Origin: an uncultured Clostridia bacterium
GTDB lineage: Bacteria; Bacillota; Clostridia; Christensenellales; Borkfalkiaceae
NCBI GenBank assembly: GCA_944363395.1
Contig: CALVUC010000002.1
Location: 11,798 to 75,797 of the forward strand
DNA: 64,000 bases
Direction of reading: 5' to 3'
How positions within the stretch are numbered: the first letter of the stretch is position 1; each line of letters opens with the position of its first letter. Positions 55,005-63,427 of this stretch are shown piece after piece. Under the pieces are notes generated by a model. That model ran no database searches and was not told the DNA's origin. It worked only from the letters and a program-made list of their open reading frames with translations. A program made the position numbers and the translations under genes.

Positions 55005-55240
55005 TACTTTGAGGAAAAAAAGTTTGCCTTTTTGATAAATTTTTCATGAAAGCGTTAAAAAAAATGTACGCATTGTGTCTATTTCTGACAGTTTATTGGC
55101 ATTTTTCCTGAAAAACCCAAAATTCCATTGGCATTTTCTGTAATTTTTGATAAAATCAAACATCTCTACCCACAGTAGAGACAAAAAATGTCACTTGCGC
55201 CGCGGCGGGGCGCGTTTTCGCGAGCGCCCCGCCGCGGCGC

Positions 55241-55269
55241 AAAAAAAAGCAGCCGCGCGCAGCGGCTGC
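55241..55269 (-). terminator. Rho-independent terminator of rlmD
   Basis: Minus strand reads gcagccgc-tgcg-gcggctgc followed by T8. A second 17-bp perfect hairpin lies immediately downstream at 55197..55240. Confidence 0.8.
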
Positions 55270-55284
55270 CGATGACGTTATCAT

Positions 55285-56703
55285 TTATGGTTCCGCACGC
55301 CCCAATGGCGGCTGCGCGCGGTCGGCGGGCAGTTCAAACACGGCGAGCGTCTCCACCCACTTGGTCTGCGGGAACATATCGAAGGGCTCGACCGAGCGCA
55401 GAACGTAGCCATCCTGCGTACCCGTCTTGACGAGCGCGCCGTCCCGCTCCGCAAGCGCCCCTGTCAGAAGCCCCGCGTCCCTTGCGAACGTGGCGGGATC
55501 GCAGGAGATCATCACGATCTTTTTGGGACGTTCCCGCAGCAGCAGCGCAATGACCTCGCGCGCGACACCCGCGCGGGGCGGATCGAGCACGACGAGCGCG
55601 GAGGGCTCCTTGGCGAGCACGCCCGCCAGCTCGTCCTCCACCCTGCCGCAGAGCGCGGTCATCTTCCCCGAAAGCCCGTTGCGCCCGGCGAGCGCCGCGG
55701 CGCAGGCGGAGGCTTCGGGAACGACTTCGATGCCGTACGCCCTTTTGCACTTTTTTGCAAACTTCGCCGTGAGCAGCCCGCCGCCCGCGTAGCAGTCGAT
55801 GACCGTATCCCCTTCGTCCGCGCAGGAGAGGGCGCGCTCGTAGAGCTTGGTCCGCACGTTCTCGTTGACCTGCACAAAGGTGCGCGGCCCCGCCTCGTAA
55901 GAGATACCGCCCTCCGAGCATTCATAGATGCCCTTCCCCTTCAGCAGGGTAAACGTTTCGCCGAAGATGACGTTGCTCTTTTTATCGTTGTAGTTGAGAT
56001 AGAAGCTGAACTCGCGGAAGATCTCGCCCAGACGGAACAGGAGATAGTCGATGCCGTTGAGGACGGGCACGGTGACGACGAGCGTGATGATGAACTTGCC
56101 GCGCAGTTCGCGCACGACGATATGGCGGATCTGCCCCTCGCCCGTCTCCTCGTCGTAGCCGTCCAGCCCGCACTTCTCCATAAAGTTGTAGACCGCCGCA
56201 ATGAGCTTGTCCGCCCACTCGGGGTGCAGCGGGCAGCCGTCGATCGGCACGATCCTGTGCGAACGTTCGGCAAAAAAGCCGATCACATTCCTGCCGTCCC
56301 TGCGCCCGACGGGAAGCTGCAGCTTGTTGCGGTAGCCATACTCCTTCTCGCTGCGCTCGCACGCGGCGACGGGGACGCCGATTCCCGCGATCTTCTTTAA
56401 GGCGTCGCGCACGAGCCCCGTCTTGAAGCGGAGCTGCGCGCGGTATTTGACGTGCTGGAGCTGACAGCCGCCGCAGCGCCCGAACACGGGGCAGGCGGGA
56501 CGCACGCGCTCCTCGGCGGGCGTCAGAAGTTCTTCGATCTTCGCATAGGCGATATTGCCCTTGCATTTGAGGATCCTGACCGAGGCGCGCTCGCCGGGCA
56601 GAAAGCGCGGCACAAAGAAAGTGACGCCGTCCGCACGGGCGATCCCCTCGCCCTGCGTTCCCAGCGCTTCGCAAGTCACGGTGATGATGTCGTTCTTTTC
56701 CAT
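55285..56703 (-). CDS. rlmD: 23S rRNA (uracil-C5)-methyltransferase RlmD/RumA family
   Basis: 472 aa. N-terminal TRAM domain, Fe-S Cys cluster CPVFGRCGGCQLQH, SAM-MTase motifs (DCYAGGG, DPPRAG). Confidence 0.9.
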   Translation of the reverse strand: MEKNDIITVTCEALGTQGEGIARADGVTFFVPRFLPGERASVRILKCKGNIAYAKIEELLTPAEERVRPACPVFGRCGGCQLQHVKYRAQLRFKTGLVRDALKKIAGIGVPVAACERSEKEYGYRNKLQLPVGRRDGRNVIGFFAERSHRIVPIDGCPLHPEWADKLIAAVYNFMEKCGLDGYDEETGEGQIRHIVVRELRGKFIITLVVTVPVLNGIDYLLFRLGEIFREFSFYLNYNDKKSNVIFGETFTLLKGKGIYECSEGGISYEAGPRTFVQVNENVRTKLYERALSCADEGDTVIDCYAGGGLLTAKFAKKCKRAYGIEVVPEASACAAALAGRNGLSGKMTALCGRVEDELAGVLAKEPSALVVLDPPRAGVAREVIALLLRERPKKIVMISCDPATFARDAGLLTGALAERDGALVKTGTQDGYVLRSVEPFDMFPQTKWVETLAVFELPADRAQPPLGRAEP

Positions 56704-56752
56704 GCGCGTTCCCCCCTTTTTGTCTTGCGCGCGGACGCCCCGCGGCGCGGCG

Positions 56753-57304
56753 TTACTGCCCGATGCGGCGCATCACGCCGTCCGCCGCCCGCTGGCAGAG
56801 AAAGATCATATAGTCGTATACGGCAAAAAAGAGCGTGCCGCCGACAAATAAAATGAGATAAAAGTGCTGCGCGACGAAGTCGTGCCACGTCATTTCGGAA
56901 AGCCCCAGAAACTCGCCGAGGACGACCCACGCGAGCCAGAGCGAGAGGTCGAACCACACCGCTTTCAGACAAAACCAGAGCAGATGCAAAGGCTTCTTTT
57001 TGGTGTATTCCCTCTGCAGCCAGTTGACGAGCGGATGCAGCCCGAAAAACGCCGCAAAGGGCAGCAGCTGCATGAGCCCGACTGCAAAGCCCGTGAACAA
57101 AAACGAGAGGACGACCGCCCCCGCATACGCGAGCAGATACCCGCGCACCATGCGCTTGGTGAGCGGGATCATGAAGGCAAAGACGGCGATCATATAGCCC
57201 GCAGCAAGCAGGAAGTCGACGTACGAGCCGAGCGTGAGCGCGACGGCTGCGACGGCGCAGGCGATCGCGGCGAGCGCGATCTCTCGGGAACGGGAGCGTT
57301 TCAT
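56753..57304 (-). CDS. hypothetical polytopic membrane protein (about 5-6 TM helices)
   Basis: 183 aa, strongly hydrophobic segments, no motif I recognise. In operon with the J-like and DUF5685 genes. Confidence 0.7.
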   Translation of the reverse strand: MKRSRSREIALAAIACAVAAVALTLGSYVDFLLAAGYMIAVFAFMIPLTKRMVRGYLLAYAGAVVLSFLFTGFAVGLMQLLPFAAFFGLHPLVNWLQREYTKKKPLHLLWFCLKAVWFDLSLWLAWVVLGEFLGLSEMTWHDFVAQHFYLILFVGGTLFFAVYDYMIFLCQRAADGVMRRIGQ

Positions 57305-57307
57305 CGG

Positions 57308-57922
57308 TCAATGGCAGTTGCAGCAGAGGTTGAAAAGGCAGTTGACGCAAAGGCAGGTGTAGCAGAAGGAAAAGCACTGCGTACACCAGCTCCCGCCCAT
57401 CTGCTCGTCGCCCGGCACGGGGCCGGGATCGGGATTTGTGTTGGGCGCGCCGCCCGTCTCCCCCTTGTACTCCGCGCGTTTGGAGAGCTTTTCATACGCC
57501 TCGCGGTACTTGGGCTGCGAAGGGTCCATCTGCATGGCGATCTCGAGCTGCTTCTTGCTCTCGTTCATCCAATGCTTCCTGTAAAAGACGACCGACTGCA
57601 GGTAGTGCCACTCGGCGCTGCGCTCGTTGAAGTCGTCAAGGAGCTGCTGCGCCCTGTTGATGTCGCCCGCGCGGATGGCGTCGCCGACCGCTTCGATGGA
57701 AGACGCGCCGCTCGTGTTCTTTTCCCGCTCGCGGCGGGATTCCATGATCTCCGAATAGGCGGCGTCCAGCTTGCCGAGCATCCGCGCGGCTTCATTGCCC
57801 GCCTCGCCGTCCTTCCACTTCTCCTCGTTATAGAAGGCTTTGAGACGCTCGTAGCTCGCCTTGATCTCTTCGTCGGTGGCGCTTTCCTCCACCTGTAAAA
57901 TGCGGTAACTTTCCTGATCCAT
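57308..57922 (-). CDS. J-domain-like protein lacking the HPD motif, with a C-terminal cysteine-string tail
   Basis: 204 aa. SYRILQVEESATDEEIKASYERLKAFYNEEKW aligns to J-domain helices I-II, but HPD is replaced by NEE. A TPR-like middle follows. The last 26 aa, WCTQCFSFCYTCLCVNCLFNLCCNCH, contain 10 Cys. Confidence 0.75.
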   Translation of the reverse strand: MDQESYRILQVEESATDEEIKASYERLKAFYNEEKWKDGEAGNEAARMLGKLDAAYSEIMESRREREKNTSGASSIEAVGDAIRAGDINRAQQLLDDFNERSAEWHYLQSVVFYRKHWMNESKKQLEIAMQMDPSQPKYREAYEKLSKRAEYKGETGGAPNTNPDPGPVPGDEQMGGSWCTQCFSFCYTCLCVNCLFNLCCNCH

Positions 57923-57949
57923 ATCCTGTTTCCTTTGCCCGCACCGAGG

Positions 57950-58819
57950 TCATCTCGCGTCGATGCGGATCTCTTTGCGGGGCTCGCCCCGCATGACGCG
58001 CTGCGTCTCCAGAGGGATGCCGCGCAGAATGACGTTGTCCGTAAGATCGCGGTTGAAGTAAAACTTCACGCCCGCGAGCCCTTCGCGCATCTCGAAAAAG
58101 AGCGTGTCGAACAGGAACGCGAGTTCCTGCCCCTTCTCCCTGACGAGCGCCTCCCGCGTCGGCTGCCCGTACGCGAGCACGAAGGGATTGTAGCCGCCCT
58201 TCTTCATGTCCTTGTCGTAGTCGTCGAGCGCGTCGATGAGGTACACCCACTTGCCGACGGCATAGAAGAGCTGTTCCGCCGCCTGCGAATTTTTGTCCCG
58301 CAGGAAGTGCGGGGCGAGCGCGCGCAGGAGCGCCGCCGTGGGCTCCGCCGCCTCGTCGGGCGAAGGGGAACGCTTGCTCTCCACCGCCGCCTGCGCGCCG
58401 ACGTAGTCCTTTACGAGCGCCGCGAGCCGCGGATACTGCGCCCCGGCGCGCTTTGCGCCCGCCCTGAACCACGCGCGCTCCGCCCTTCCGCCGTTCCCGT
58501 CGGCGACGTCGTCGGAGAACTTCGCATAGGTGAGCAGCGTGTTGAGGGCGCCCAGCTCGCGGGTGAGCTCGTCCGCTTCGGCGATGGGGCGCTTTCTGAC
58601 GGCGTGCTCGAAACAGTTCTGCCGCGTGATCGTGACGCCCTGCCCCGTCATGTTGTGCAGCAGCGCCGATAAAAAGGTCACGTCATAGGTGAGACCCAGC
58701 CGCGCGCGCTGCCCGCAAGCCGCGGCGATGCCCTTGCAAAGCCCGCAGTACATCGCCTTATAGAGCAGGAAATCTTTTACCTGCAGGTTGGGCAGATCGT
58801 AGCGAACATATCCGAACAC
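57950..58819 (-). CDS. DUF5685-family protein (function unknown)
   Basis: 289 aa. MFGYVRYDLPNLQVKDFLLYKAMYCGLCKGI... matches my recollection of the DUF5685 N-terminus. Family assignment needs an HMM check. Confidence 0.65.
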   Translation of the reverse strand: MFGYVRYDLPNLQVKDFLLYKAMYCGLCKGIAAACGQRARLGLTYDVTFLSALLHNMTGQGVTITRQNCFEHAVRKRPIAEADELTRELGALNTLLTYAKFSDDVADGNGGRAERAWFRAGAKRAGAQYPRLAALVKDYVGAQAAVESKRSPSPDEAAEPTAALLRALAPHFLRDKNSQAAEQLFYAVGKWVYLIDALDDYDKDMKKGGYNPFVLAYGQPTREALVREKGQELAFLFDTLFFEMREGLAGVKFYFNRDLTDNVILRGIPLETQRVMRGEPRKEIRIDAR

Positions 58820-58822
58820 CGC

Positions 58823-59827
58823 TCACTCTCCCCGGTAGAAGCCGACCTTCCTGTACACCTTGAGGAGCGTCCTGCGCGCCGTATGCGCCGCCGCCTGCGC
58901 CCCGCGGGAGAGGATGTCCGAAAGGTACGCCTTGTCCGCGAGCAGACGCTTCTGTTCCGCCTGGATGGGCGCGAGAACGTCCGCGACCGTCTCTCCGACG
59001 GCGAGCTTGAAGTCCCCGTAGCCCTTGCCCGCGAACTCCTTTTCCGCCTCGGCGACCGTGCAGCCGCGGAAGGCGGCATAGATGTTGAGCAGGTTGGTGA
59101 CGCCCGGCTTTTGCTCGGAGGCGACGATCGCATTGTCGCTGTCCGTGACGGCGCGCCTGAATTTGCGGATGACGGTATCCCTGTCATCCGAGAGATAGAC
59201 GGAGGCGTTGGGGTTTTCGTCCGACTTGCTCATCTTGTGCAGGGGATCCTGCAAAGAGGCGATCTTCGCGCCCTCCTTGACGATATAGCCCTCGGGCAGG
59301 CGGAAGGTCTCGCCGTAGCGGTTGTTGAAGCGGACGGCGATATCGCGCGCGATCTCGAGGTGCTGGCGCTGGTCGATGCCGACGGGAACGACGTCCGTCT
59401 GATAGAGAAGGATGTCCGCCGCCATCAGCACGGGATATGCCATCAGACCCATGTTGACGTTTTCGGCGTGCTTTGCCGCCTTGTCCTTGAACTGCGTCAT
59501 GCGTTCCATCTCGCCGACATAGGTCATGGTATTGAGCACCCACGCGAGTTCCGCGTGCGCGGGGACGTTGGACTGCACATACAGCGTGCAGCGCGCGGGA
59601 TCGACGCCGCAGGCGATATACAGCGCCGCAAGTTCCAGCGTATGACGGCGCAGCTCCGCGGGGACCTGCCGCACCGTGATGGCGTGCAGGTCTGCGATCG
59701 CATAAAAACAGGTGAACTGCCCCTGCAGCGCGACCCAGTTGCGGATGGCGCCCACATAGTTGCCGATAGTCAGGTTGCCGCTCGGCTGGACCGCCGAATA
59801 TAACACTTTGCTCTGCGCTTCTTCCAT
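58823..59827 (-). CDS. trpS: tryptophan--tRNA ligase
   Basis: 334 aa. SAVQPSGNLTIGNY (HIGH-like region), KMSKSD motif. Confidence 0.96.
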   Translation of the reverse strand: MEEAQSKVLYSAVQPSGNLTIGNYVGAIRNWVALQGQFTCFYAIADLHAITVRQVPAELRRHTLELAALYIACGVDPARCTLYVQSNVPAHAELAWVLNTMTYVGEMERMTQFKDKAAKHAENVNMGLMAYPVLMAADILLYQTDVVPVGIDQRQHLEIARDIAVRFNNRYGETFRLPEGYIVKEGAKIASLQDPLHKMSKSDENPNASVYLSDDRDTVIRKFRRAVTDSDNAIVASEQKPGVTNLLNIYAAFRGCTVAEAEKEFAGKGYGDFKLAVGETVADVLAPIQAEQKRLLADKAYLSDILSRGAQAAAHTARRTLLKVYRKVGFYRGE

Positions 59828-59871
59828 ATCCTCTGCTCTTCCATACCAAATTTTACAATGTTCTTTTTACG

Positions 59872-59900
59872 ATTATACCACATTCCGCCGCAAATTGCAA
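59872..59900 (-). promoter_or_regulatory. sigma-70 promoter of trpS (extended -10)
   Basis: Minus strand reads TTGCAA-17 nt-TGgTATAAT. The leader is about 40 nt, too short for a T-box. Confidence 0.6.
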
Positions 59901-60061
59901 TGGGGGAAGGGGCGGCAGAATGAAAAATTGTTGTGAAGAATGTGCGCAGACCGCTCACAAAACGCTTGCTTTTCGCAGTATATGCGCCCCCCTTGCCATC
60001 TGCGGGAAACTACAGATGCGCCCCGCGGCACATCTGCCGCGGGGCGCGCCCTTTTGCAGGG

Positions 60062-60099
60062 CAAAACATATGCGCGGCGGCACAGATGTGCCGCCGCGC
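60062..60099 (-). terminator. terminator of thrC
   Basis: Perfect 13-bp stem gcgcggcggcaca / tgtgccgccgcgc followed on the minus strand by atatgtttt. A second hairpin lies at 60018..60047. Confidence 0.65.
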
Positions 60100-60104
60100 C
60101 TCTC

Positions 60105-61604
60105 TTATCCGATAAATTTGAGCACTTCGTCGAACATCTTGGCGGGCGCAGCCGTCTCCTTGAAGCGGACGGGCTTGTAGCGGATGTCCTTGAGCTGCTC
60201 CGGCACCTTCATCGCCGTCAGAAGATTGATGCGCTTGATGCCCTTGAAGCTGTCCTTGACGTCGTTGCCCGTGAGCGCATAGAGAACGTCCTGCGGGAAC
60301 TTGTAGGGGCTCGCCGTGGAGACGACGACCATCGGGTTCGTCTCGGCGTTGACGTCCTTGGAGAGGAGCTCCTCATACCGCTGGGCGACGCACATCGCCA
60401 CGCCCGTGTGGGTGTCCATGGGATAGCCGTACGACTCGAAGAACTCGTACATACAGTCCACCGTGTCGCCCTCGTTCGCATAGCCCGCGAAAAACTCCTC
60501 GCGGTACTTTTTGAGTTCCTCGGCGCGGACGGTGTACTTGCCCGTTGCCGCGAGCGACGCCATGCGCTCCTTGGTGAGCGCCGCGTCCCTGCCCGAAAGC
60601 TCGAAGATGAGGCGCTCCAGGTTGGACGAGACGAGGATGTCCATCGAGGGGGACATCGTCTTGTAAAAGCTGCGCTTGGCGTCGTACACGCCCTTCTCCC
60701 AGAAGTCGGTCAGGACGTTGTTCTTGTTGGACGCGCAGACGAGCCTGCCGACGGGAAGTCCCATGCGCTTGGCGTAATAGGCGGCAAGGATGTTGCCGAA
60801 GTTGCCCGTCGGGACGGTGAAGTCCACCTTGTCCCCCATCTTGATCTGGTCGGAGGAGACGAGGTCGCAGTACGCCGAGAAATAGTAGGCGATCTGCGGC
60901 GCGAGTCGCCCGAAGTTGATGGAATTTGCCGACGAGAGGCGGTATCCCTTTTCAAGCAGCGCCTTTGCGCACGCCTCCGAGCCGAAGATCTTCTTGACGC
61001 CCGTCTGGCAGTCGTCAAAGTTGCCCTTGACCGCCACGACGTTGACGTTGCCGCCCTCCTGCGTACACATCTGCAGCTTCTGCATCTTGGAGACGCCGTC
61101 GTCGGGATAGAACACCATCACCTTGATGCCGGGCGCGTCCCTGAAGCCCTCAAGCGCCGCCTTGCCCGTGTCGCCGCTCGTCGCGACGAGGATGAGGATC
61201 TCCTCCTTGATGCCGCAAAGGTCGCACCCCTTGCGCAGAAGGTAGGGCAGGACGGTGAGCGCCATATCCTTGAAGGCGCAGGTGGGACCGTGGAAGAGTT
61301 CGAGCATATACATCCCGTTCTCCACGCGCACGAGGGGCGCGGCGTCCCCTTCGTCAAACTGCGCGTACGCCTTTTTGAGGGCGGCGAGCAGTTCGTCCTT
61401 GTCGTATTCGTCCAGATATTTATGAAGAACGAGCGCGGCGCGTTCGGGATAGTCCATCCCGAGCATCGCCTCCATCTCCTCGCCGCTCACGGCGGGGAAG
61501 CGTTCGGGAACGAACAGACCGCCGTCCGAGGCGATGCCCTTGACGATCGCCTGCGCGCCCGTGACCCGCTCTTCCCCTCTCGTACTGATAAATTGCATAG
61601 TCAT
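60105..61604 (-). CDS. thrC: threonine synthase
   Basis: 499 aa. MQFISTRG..., FKDMAL PLP-lysine motif, long-form ThrC layout. Confidence 0.93.
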   Translation of the reverse strand: MTMQFISTRGEERVTGAQAIVKGIASDGGLFVPERFPAVSGEEMEAMLGMDYPERAALVLHKYLDEYDKDELLAALKKAYAQFDEGDAAPLVRVENGMYMLELFHGPTCAFKDMALTVLPYLLRKGCDLCGIKEEILILVATSGDTGKAALEGFRDAPGIKVMVFYPDDGVSKMQKLQMCTQEGGNVNVVAVKGNFDDCQTGVKKIFGSEACAKALLEKGYRLSSANSINFGRLAPQIAYYFSAYCDLVSSDQIKMGDKVDFTVPTGNFGNILAAYYAKRMGLPVGRLVCASNKNNVLTDFWEKGVYDAKRSFYKTMSPSMDILVSSNLERLIFELSGRDAALTKERMASLAATGKYTVRAEELKKYREEFFAGYANEGDTVDCMYEFFESYGYPMDTHTGVAMCVAQRYEELLSKDVNAETNPMVVVSTASPYKFPQDVLYALTGNDVKDSFKGIKRINLLTAMKVPEQLKDIRYKPVRFKETAAPAKMFDEVLKFIG

Positions 61605-61679
61605 TCCTTTGCCGCCCCGCGGCAGCCGTTTAATTCAAACCGTCCCTTCTGAGAGGGACGGCGTGCGTTCTTGTTTAAC

Positions 61680-62087
61680 TTAAAGGTACTTCTTTGCGAA
61701 GTCGGGAAGTTCCTCTTCCGCGCAGCTGCAAGTGATGTACAGGGTGAGCGAACGCATCTCCGAGACCTTTTCCATCATATAGAAGAACTGCGCCATATCC
61801 TTGATCGCCTTGCCGGCGATACGGGCAATGCCGTCCACATAGATGAACTCGTTGTCGTAGCTGCCCGCGATCACGCCCTTGATGAACCCGCACAGCGCGT
61901 CCTCACCCGCAACGGAGTAATCGCTCGTGTCGATAAAGCGGACTTCGCGCCTGAGATCGTACATATACCGCTTGGTATCGGTGATAAAGACGAGGTTGCC
62001 CTTTGCCGTCTCGACCGCCTGATTCGCCGTATCGATGATGCGCTTCGTCTTGCCGCTTCCCTTGGGGCCGCAGATAACCTTAATCAT
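61680..62087 (-). CDS. small P-loop NTPase-like protein, function unknown
   Basis: ORF trimmed to ATG 62087 behind AGGAGGA. MIKVICGPKGSGKTKRIID Walker A. A hhhhD-like segment (FIYVDG) could be Walker B. Confidence 0.7.
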   Translation of the reverse strand: MIKVICGPKGSGKTKRIIDTANQAVETAKGNLVFITDTKRYMYDLRREVRFIDTSDYSVAGEDALCGFIKGVIAGSYDNEFIYVDGIARIAGKAIKDMAQFFYMMEKVSEMRSLTLYITCSCAEEELPDFAKKYL

Positions 62088-62192
62088 GTCTATCCTCCTG
62101 ACTCGCCCGCAGGCGAACATATTTCTTATGCTTCTATCATACCAAGTTTTCGCGGACTTTTCAAGAGATTTTGAAAAATTCCCCGAAAAAAT

Positions 62193-63389
62193 TTACGAAA
62201 GTTCGTTGAAAAAGGCGTCGATGCGGTCGAGACCCTCCGTCATGTCCTCCATCGAGAGCGAATAGGAGAGGCGGACGCAGTCCTCCGCGCCGAAGGGACC
62301 GCCCGGAACGACGGCGACTTTCTTCGCGTCGAGCAGGGCTGCGGCGAAATCGGCGGCGTTTTCGATCTTCCTGCCCGCATGGCTCTTTCCGAACGCGGAA
62401 GAGACGACGAGCATGATATAAAACGCGCCCTCGGGAACGATGCAGTACGTCCCCTTCATCCTGCCGATGCGCGCGAGCGCCGCTTCCCTGCGCTCCGCGA
62501 AGCGGGAGATCATCTCGCGGATGCACGCCTCGTCCGAACGGAGCGCCGCGATGGCGGCGTACTGCGCGACGGAGCAGGCGTTGCTCGTGGCGTGGCTCTG
62601 GAAGGAGTCGATCGCCTTGGCGATCTCCTTGGGCGCGGCGAGATAGCCGATGCGCCAGCCCGTCATGGAATAGGTCTTGGAGACGCCGTTGACGGTGATC
62701 GTGTGCTCGTACATCGCCTGCGACACCTTCGCCATCGAGAAGGGCTTGACGTCCGTGTAGACGAGGCGCTCGTAGATCTCGTCCGAAAGAACGTAGACGC
62801 CGTGCTTTTCGAGGACGGCGGCGAGCGCGCGCACCTCCTCTTCCGAATAGACCGCGCCCGTCGGGTTGCCGGGCGAATTGAAGATCATCAGCTTGGTCTT
62901 GGGCGTGATGGCTGCTTCGAGCTGTTCGGGCGTGATCTTGAACTTGTTTTCCTTCTTCCCTTCGACAAAGACGGGGACGCCGCCGCACGTCTTGACGACC
63001 TCGGGATAGGTGAGCCAATAGGGCGCGGGGATAATGACCTCGTCCCCCTCGTCGACGAGCGCGTAGCAGACGTTGAAAATGGAATGCTTGGCGCCGTTGG
63101 AGACGATGACCTGCGAAGGCTCGTAGACGAGCCCGTTGTCACGCGCGAACTTCTCGCAGATCGCCTTTCTGAGTTCGGGGATGCCCGAAGAAGGCGTATA
63201 CTTGGTCTTTCCCGTGCGCAGCGCCTCGATGCCCGCCTCCACGATGTGCGCGGGGGTGGGGAAATCGGGTTCGCCGACGCCGAAGTTGACGACGTATTCG
63301 CCCTCCGCCTTCATTGCCTTTGCCTTGGCGCTGATGGCGAGCGTCTGCGAAGGAGAGATGGTACGGATCCTTTTTGCCAGAATTTCCAT
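62193..63389 (-). CDS. aspB: pyridoxal-phosphate-dependent aspartate aminotransferase (class I)
   Basis: 398 aa. NFGVGEPDFPTP, NPGNPTG, SKTYSMTGWRIGY (PLP lysine). Confidence 0.9.
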   Translation of the reverse strand: MEILAKRIRTISPSQTLAISAKAKAMKAEGEYVVNFGVGEPDFPTPAHIVEAGIEALRTGKTKYTPSSGIPELRKAICEKFARDNGLVYEPSQVIVSNGAKHSIFNVCYALVDEGDEVIIPAPYWLTYPEVVKTCGGVPVFVEGKKENKFKITPEQLEAAITPKTKLMIFNSPGNPTGAVYSEEEVRALAAVLEKHGVYVLSDEIYERLVYTDVKPFSMAKVSQAMYEHTITVNGVSKTYSMTGWRIGYLAAPKEIAKAIDSFQSHATSNACSVAQYAAIAALRSDEACIREMISRFAERREAALARIGRMKGTYCIVPEGAFYIMLVVSSAFGKSHAGRKIENAADFAAALLDAKKVAVVPGGPFGAEDCVRLSYSLSMEDMTEGLDRIDAFFNELS

Positions 63390-63427
63390 ATGAGTACCTC
63401 GAAAAAAAGTTTATAGCGGTCGTTGTT

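Noticed and set aside
59828-59900. T-box leader upstream of trpS.
   Set aside because: The predicted promoter lies only about 40 nt from the ATG. There is no specifier loop or T-box sequence (AANNNGGGUGGUACCGCG).
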